DNA from: Armatimonadota bacterium
GTDB taxonomy: Bacteria; Armatimonadota; Armatimonadia; Armatimonadales; Armatimonadaceae
Direction of reading: 5' to 3'
Length of the DNA stretch: 11,562 nucleotides
Assembly (NCBI GenBank): GCA_043754515.1
Contig: JAYUUO010000158.1
Span: forward strand, 1-11,562
Shown here: positions 7,810 through 11,562 of the stretch, in pieces
Layout of the letters: the number at the start of each line of letters is the position of its first letter
Numbering within the stretch: the stretch's first letter is position 1
Made by a program: the position numbers and the translations under genes
Notes under the pieces: generated by a model
Seen by the model: the letters and a program-made list of their open reading frames with translations, nothing else
What the model was told of the DNA's origin: nothing
The model's database searches: none

Positions 7810-7861
7810 GAGGCGCGGTTGCCGGACGATGTTCATGCCCGGCGCGATGAGACGCTGAAAT

Positions 7862-8464
7862 ATGCCCGATACAGACCCGTCATTCACCGACGAAAACTTC
7901 GACGATACTGATTTCAGCGAGGCGGAGTGGCAACGACGCACCTACACCCGTTGCTCGTTCCGCGCCGCGAACATGAGCGAACTCGTCGCGAGCGATTGTC
8001 TATTCGAGGAGTGCGACTTCTCCCTCGTATCGCTGAACAGCGCGCGGTTCACGGACTGCGCATTCAGCAACTCCGAGTTTCGCGGCGCGGAGTTATTTCT
8101 GACCGCGTTCCAGAACTGCCGACTGATGGGCGCGTCGTTCGTGGACGCTAAAATTACCGGCATCACGGTGTCAGGCGGCGACTGGTCCTATGCGATACTG
8201 CGACATGTCGTGTTAAGCAAGATTGACCTGCGGAAGGTACGACTGATTGAAGCAGACTTTTACGGTGCCGACCTGCGCAAGGCGGATCTGCGCGACGCCG
8301 ACCTTACGAAGGCAAACTTCGCTAAGGCACTGCTCAAGGAAGCCAACCTGCGCGGCGCGATCGTGGACGGCGTAGACTTCCGAACATTCGACCTAACTGG
8401 AGTGAAACTGGACATGGCGCAGGCGGTGCGCGTCGCGCAGGCGTACGGGGCGGTTGTGGAATAG
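7862..8464 (+). CDS. Pentapeptide repeat protein, MfpA/Qnr-like
   Basis: Continuous pentapeptide repeats (ADFYG ADLRK ADLRD ADLTK ANFAK...; CDFS, CAFS, CRLMGASF) across 200 aa. C-terminal helix 'LDMAQAVRVAQAYG' resembles the MfpA dimerisation helix. Confidence 0.93.
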   Translation: MPDTDPSFTDENFDDTDFSEAEWQRRTYTRCSFRAANMSELVASDCLFEECDFSLVSLNSARFTDCAFSNSEFRGAELFLTAFQNCRLMGASFVDAKITGITVSGGDWSYAILRHVVLSKIDLRKVRLIEADFYGADLRKADLRDADLTKANFAKALLKEANLRGAIVDGVDFRTFDLTGVKLDMAQAVRVAQAYGAVVE

Positions 8465-8480
8465 GTGACAAACCCGGCGA

Positions 8481-8514
8481 CGCGTGGCCTCCCCGCGCGG
8501 GGGACGGCCACGCG
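8481..8514. terminator. Strong hairpin between convergent genes (possible terminator or 3' stabiliser)
   Basis: CGCGTGGCCTCCCC-GCGCG-GGGGA(C)GGCCACGCG, 14 bp with one bulge. No clear U-tract. Confidence 0.45.
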
Positions 8515-8521
8515 CCCTGGC

Positions 8522-9613
8522 CTAGACAGGTTTTGCCACCGCCGCCGGGTAAACCCCCTCCTCAAGGAGCGCGTAAAACGCGTTATCACCCGCCGTGAGC
8601 GGCATGTCCACGCGCCCGCGACGGCGCGCCGACTCGTAGGCGGCGAAGATGATCTCGGTCGTCGGGAGCGCGTTGTCCACGGAGCAGAGCGGTTTGCGCC
8701 CCGCGCGGAGCGCATCCACCAGATCCCTGACGCCGTCCGTGCTCGCGTCGTTGCCGTGAATGCCATCCGCGACATCCGCCTCGGGCACGAAACCCCAGTC
8801 GGCATCCCCGGTCTTGCGGTAGCGAAGCCAGGGCTTATCCCACAGCACTTCGACCACACCGTCCGTGCCGATGATCCGGTTCGCGCAACCGACTATCTTC
8901 CGCGAGTCGTCGCCGGTGTAGAGCGTCGCGAAAACACCGTTCGTGAACTTAATCAGCGCGACCGACTCGGTCTCCATCTTCAGCCCGAAAACGCCGTGCG
9001 GGCGGCGGGCGTCAATCTGCGCCAGCACATATTCGGCGGGGGTTTCGTTGTTGTAAAACAGGAACATGTTGATCCAGTGGGTGCCCCAGTCAATCAGGTC
9101 GCCGCACGCCGACTCCATCCTCACGACGCTCCCAATGGTGCCCGATTCAATCAGTTTACGGGCTTGCTGGAACGGCCCGTTGAACCGTCGCTGGTGGTTA
9201 AACGTTAGCTGAATGCCTTTTCCCCGGCACGCGGCTGCCATCTTCTGTGCGTCGGCCCAGTTCGGTGCCATCGGCTTTTCGCAGTGTACCGCCCGAACGT
9301 TCGCCTCGGCGCACGCGAGCACCATCGGCGCGTGGAGCGCGGGCCACGTGCAGACCGAGACGATGTCGGGCTTCGTTTCCGCGAGCATCCGGGGGTAATC
9401 GGTGAAGACACGCGCCTTGCCGCCCGCGTTCTCCTGGTTAAACGCCTCGGCACGCTCGGTGACGAGGTCGCAGAGCGCGACGATCTCGCAACCGGACTCG
9501 TTGTAGCCCTTCGCGTGCGCGTGCGCCATGCCGTAGCCGGTCGAGCCGTCGGAGTTGAGCGGTCGCCCCGTGCCGATGATCGCGACCCGGAACGGGGTGT
9601 CATTATCTGCCAT
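8522..9613 (-). CDS. Gfo/Idh/MocA family NAD(P)-dependent oxidoreductase
   Basis: 'RVAIIGTG' Rossmann start, 'PDIVSVCTWPALH', 'VHCEKPMA', 'NHQRRF', 'DWGTHWI', 'AAYESA'. AAGGA upstream of the ATG. Confidence 0.93.
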   Translation of the reverse strand: MADNDTPFRVAIIGTGRPLNSDGSTGYGMAHAHAKGYNESGCEIVALCDLVTERAEAFNQENAGGKARVFTDYPRMLAETKPDIVSVCTWPALHAPMVLACAEANVRAVHCEKPMAPNWADAQKMAAACRGKGIQLTFNHQRRFNGPFQQARKLIESGTIGSVVRMESACGDLIDWGTHWINMFLFYNNETPAEYVLAQIDARRPHGVFGLKMETESVALIKFTNGVFATLYTGDDSRKIVGCANRIIGTDGVVEVLWDKPWLRYRKTGDADWGFVPEADVADGIHGNDASTDGVRDLVDALRAGRKPLCSVDNALPTTEIIFAAYESARRRGRVDMPLTAGDNAFYALLEEGVYPAAVAKPV

Positions 9614-9750
9614 GATGAGTTTGATTTCCTTGCTGATCGCGCCGTCGGGCGCGGGTTCGCTTCGTTTCGCGGGTTAACGCGGAGTAAATTGTCGTCTCCG
9701 TCAGGGCGCGGCGTACCGAGTCGCGCCAGTCGCATCCAGGCGGGCAGGGT

Positions 9751-10899
9751 TCAGTACTTCGGTACTGACGGGTCTACCGTGTCCGACCACGCCAGAACAC
9801 CGCCTTTGAGATTGGCGAGGTTCGTAAAGCCCTTCGATTGCAGGATGCCTAACGCCTGCGCCGAACGCGCCCCGCTCCGGCATTGCAGGATGATCTCCGC
9901 GTCGGCGTCCAGTTCGTCGGCGCGCCGCTCGATCTCGCCGAGCGGGATCAGAACCGAGCCGGGGATCCGGGCTATCTCGTACTCGTACGGCTCGCGCACA
10001 TCTACCAGCACGAACTTCTCGCCAGCGTCCTGTTTCGCCTTGAGTTCGACGGGGGTTACCTCACGCATTGTCGGAATCCTTTCGTCCCGCGGCGCCTCGC
10101 ACGTCGCGCCGCAAAACCGCTCATAGTCTACGAGTTCGGTGAGGGTTTTTCCTTCCCCGCACGCGACACAGGACGGACCGCGCCGTATTTTCCACGCCCG
10201 GAACGTCATCGCGAGCGCGTCGAAGGTGAGTAGCCGCCCGATCAGGGGGTCTCCGACGCCGAGTATCCGTTTCAACGCCTCGGTCGCCATCAGCGTCCCG
10301 ATAACGCCCACGGTCGCGCCGAGTACCCCAGCCTCCGCGCAGGTTGGCACCTCGCCCGGTGCGGGCGGCACCGGGAACAGACAGCGGTAGCAGGGTCCCC
10401 CGCGCCGCGTGTCGAGCACGGTCACCTGTCCCTCGAACCGGTTCACCGCGCCATGCACCACGGGAACGCCGGTTAGTACGCCCGCGTCGCTGACCAGGTA
10501 GCGGGTCGGGAAGTTATCGGAGCCGTCGAGAACGAGATCATAACGGGCGAACAGATCCAGCGCATTGGTCGCGGTCAGTGGCTCGGCGAATGTTTCGAGC
10601 CGCGCGCCGGGGTTCAGATCCGCGAGCCGCGCCCGCGCCGCGTTTGTTTTCGCCGCGCCGACTTCGGACGTTACGTAGAGCACCTGCCGTTGCAGGTTCG
10701 ACAACGACACCGTGTCGCCGTCTATGATCCCGACGCGCCCGACGCCCGCCGCGACGAGATAAAGGAGTGCGGGCGAGCCGAGTCCGCCCGCGCCGACGCA
10801 CAGAACGGACGCGTCGCGGAGCCGCTCCTGTCCGGCGACCCCGACTTCGGCGAGGGTCAGGTGGCGGGCGTAGCGGGCGGCTTCTTGTGGGGTCAGCAT
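9751..10899 (-). CDS. moeB: Molybdopterin-synthase adenylyltransferase MoeB fused to a C-terminal rhodanese domain (MoeBR/MoeZ type)
   Basis: 'RYARHL', GAGGLG, 'SNLQRQVL', 'DGSDNFPTRY', Zn pairs CYRC and CVAC, 'TCAEAGVLG'; rhodanese 'LVDVREPYEY...CRSGARS...LKGGVLAW..VDPSVPKY'. Confidence 0.93.
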   Translation of the reverse strand: MLTPQEAARYARHLTLAEVGVAGQERLRDASVLCVGAGGLGSPALLYLVAAGVGRVGIIDGDTVSLSNLQRQVLYVTSEVGAAKTNAARARLADLNPGARLETFAEPLTATNALDLFARYDLVLDGSDNFPTRYLVSDAGVLTGVPVVHGAVNRFEGQVTVLDTRRGGPCYRCLFPVPPAPGEVPTCAEAGVLGATVGVIGTLMATEALKRILGVGDPLIGRLLTFDALAMTFRAWKIRRGPSCVACGEGKTLTELVDYERFCGATCEAPRDERIPTMREVTPVELKAKQDAGEKFVLVDVREPYEYEIARIPGSVLIPLGEIERRADELDADAEIILQCRSGARSAQALGILQSKGFTNLANLKGGVLAWSDTVDPSVPKY

Positions 10900-10905
10900 C
10901 GCTCT

Positions 10906-10914
10906 ATTTTAGCA
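10906..10914 (-). promoter_or_regulatory. Extended -10 promoter immediately upstream of moeB (leaderless transcript)
   Basis: Minus strand TG-C-TAAAAT-AGAGCG-ATG, with 6 nt between the -10 and the ATG and no Shine-Dalgarno. Confidence 0.65.
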
Positions 10915-10994
10915 CACGCTGCGGGAAACGGGTTCACCGCGCTTAAAGGAGAAGATACCCGGAAGGGGACAGACAAAATAATTCGCAGAAATCC

Positions 10995-11024
10995 TTGACA
11001 TGAACAAAAAGACTGTGCAACAAT
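10995..11024 (+). promoter_or_regulatory. Probable sigma70 promoter for the small membrane protein gene
   Basis: TTGACA (10995-11000), 18 nt, AACAAT (11019-11024) preceded by TG-n; AT-rich upstream sequence. Confidence 0.55.
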
Positions 11025-11109
11025 GACATCACAGGCACCCTAGTTTCCTGTTGCGGAGCCAGTCTTGGGTTAATATCAATCGTGTTAGATCACACGTGAG
11101 AGGATCCTC

Positions 11110-11280
11110 ATGGGCAACTTTATACTGGGTTCTGCATTGCTTATTTTAACCGTAAGTGGTTTCATGATCTCGTATTTGGCAACCAACATGGTGGAGTTGG
11201 TTACAGGTGGGGCGTCATTGCTCACTGTGTCGTTGCTAATTTTTTCACGGAGCAAGTCCATCACAAAGCGCAAAACTTAA
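11110..11280 (+). CDS. Small (56 aa) two-helix membrane protein of unknown function; not in the ORF track
   Basis: MGNFILGSALLILTVSGFMISYLATNMVELVTGGASLLTVSLLIFSRSKSITKRKT*. GAGAGGA ends 5 nt before the ATG; two hydrophobic segments and a basic tail; about 44% GC by hand count. Confidence 0.7.
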   Translation: MGNFILGSALLILTVSGFMISYLATNMVELVTGGASLLTVSLLIFSRSKSITKRKT

Positions 11281-11289
11281 AAATGCAAC

Positions 11290-11562
11290 CCGAACGTCGT
11301 GCGCGAATGGGAAGGAAGCGTCGCGGGCGTGAAGATGATTAGCAATGCGTACTTGCTGGGCCCGTCTGGCCCGATGTACGCAGACAAAACGCAGTTTTCG
11401 TCGAAGCGTCCCGCGAACGCCGCCGACGTGCGCTGGTTCGCAAGTGTGCGAACGGGTATGTCTACGACGGGTTGGGTAGCGTCGTGGGCGAGGTGGACGT
11501 GAACGGCACGCTACTCTCCCAGAAGACGACCGACGTGTTCGGGATTAGTCGCGGCAATGTCG
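11290..11562 (+). pseudogene. Rhs (YD-repeat) core fragment, frameshifted, continuing beyond the window
   Basis: NVVREW...NAYLLGPSGPMY...ADVRW in one frame, then YVYDGLGSVVGEVDVNGTLLSQKTTDVFGISRGNV in another. Removing 11437-11456 restores 'VRWYVYDGLGSV.GEVD..G.......DVFG', the pattern that opens the Rhs-associated core. Confidence 0.75.

Noticed and set aside
8465..9208. 247-aa plus-strand ORF
   Set aside because: Antisense shadow of the Gfo/Idh/MocA gene; Arg/Val/His-rich with no family motifs, as expected in high-GC DNA.
9614..9750. Short hairpin CGCGCC-GTCG-GGCGCG and CGCGGGTT direct repeat between moeB and the oxidoreductase
   Set aside because: Short CG-rich matches expected by chance at this GC content; no array, U-tract or spacer structure.
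9284..10126. 280-aa plus-strand ORF
   Set aside because: Antisense to the oxidoreductase and moeB; no recognisable motifs.
9751..10899. E1-like enzyme as part of a ubiquitin-like defence or RiPP system
   Set aside because: Canonical MoeB-rhodanese; no E2, JAB, Ubl, cyclase or precursor peptide nearby.
1..10899. TauE and MoeB-rhodanese as one sulfur-metabolism cluster
   Set aside because: About 9.5 kb apart, on opposite strands, with unrelated genes between.
10921..11109. Possible Moco or c-di-GMP riboswitch next to moeB
   Set aside because: Could not match consensus elements, and moeB appears leaderless. An Rfam/Infernal scan would settle it.
11085..11273. 62-aa minus-strand ORF from the track
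   Set aside because: Mirror of the plus-strand 56-aa ORF, which has the promoter, SD and coherent membrane topology.

Overview
GC-rich bacterial window. Left to right: 3' end of a TauE/SafE membrane protein gene (+), then a decayed C-terminal remnant of a large Fic-family gene (-). Next is a minus-strand cassette: TetR, a secreted LolA-like protein, a LolC/E/MacB-type ABC permease, a LolD-type ATPase, a very long periplasmic adaptor and TolC, with three copies of a candidate TetR operator. A divergent MfpA-like pentapeptide-repeat gene (+) follows, then a Gfo/Idh/MocA oxidoreductase and a probably leaderless MoeB-rhodanese fusion (-). At the right edge, an AT-richer island holds a promoter, a 56-aa two-helix membrane protein missed by the ORF track, and an Rhs core fragment frameshifted by a 20-nt palindromic insertion. 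All family calls come from motif recognition by eye; no searches were run.
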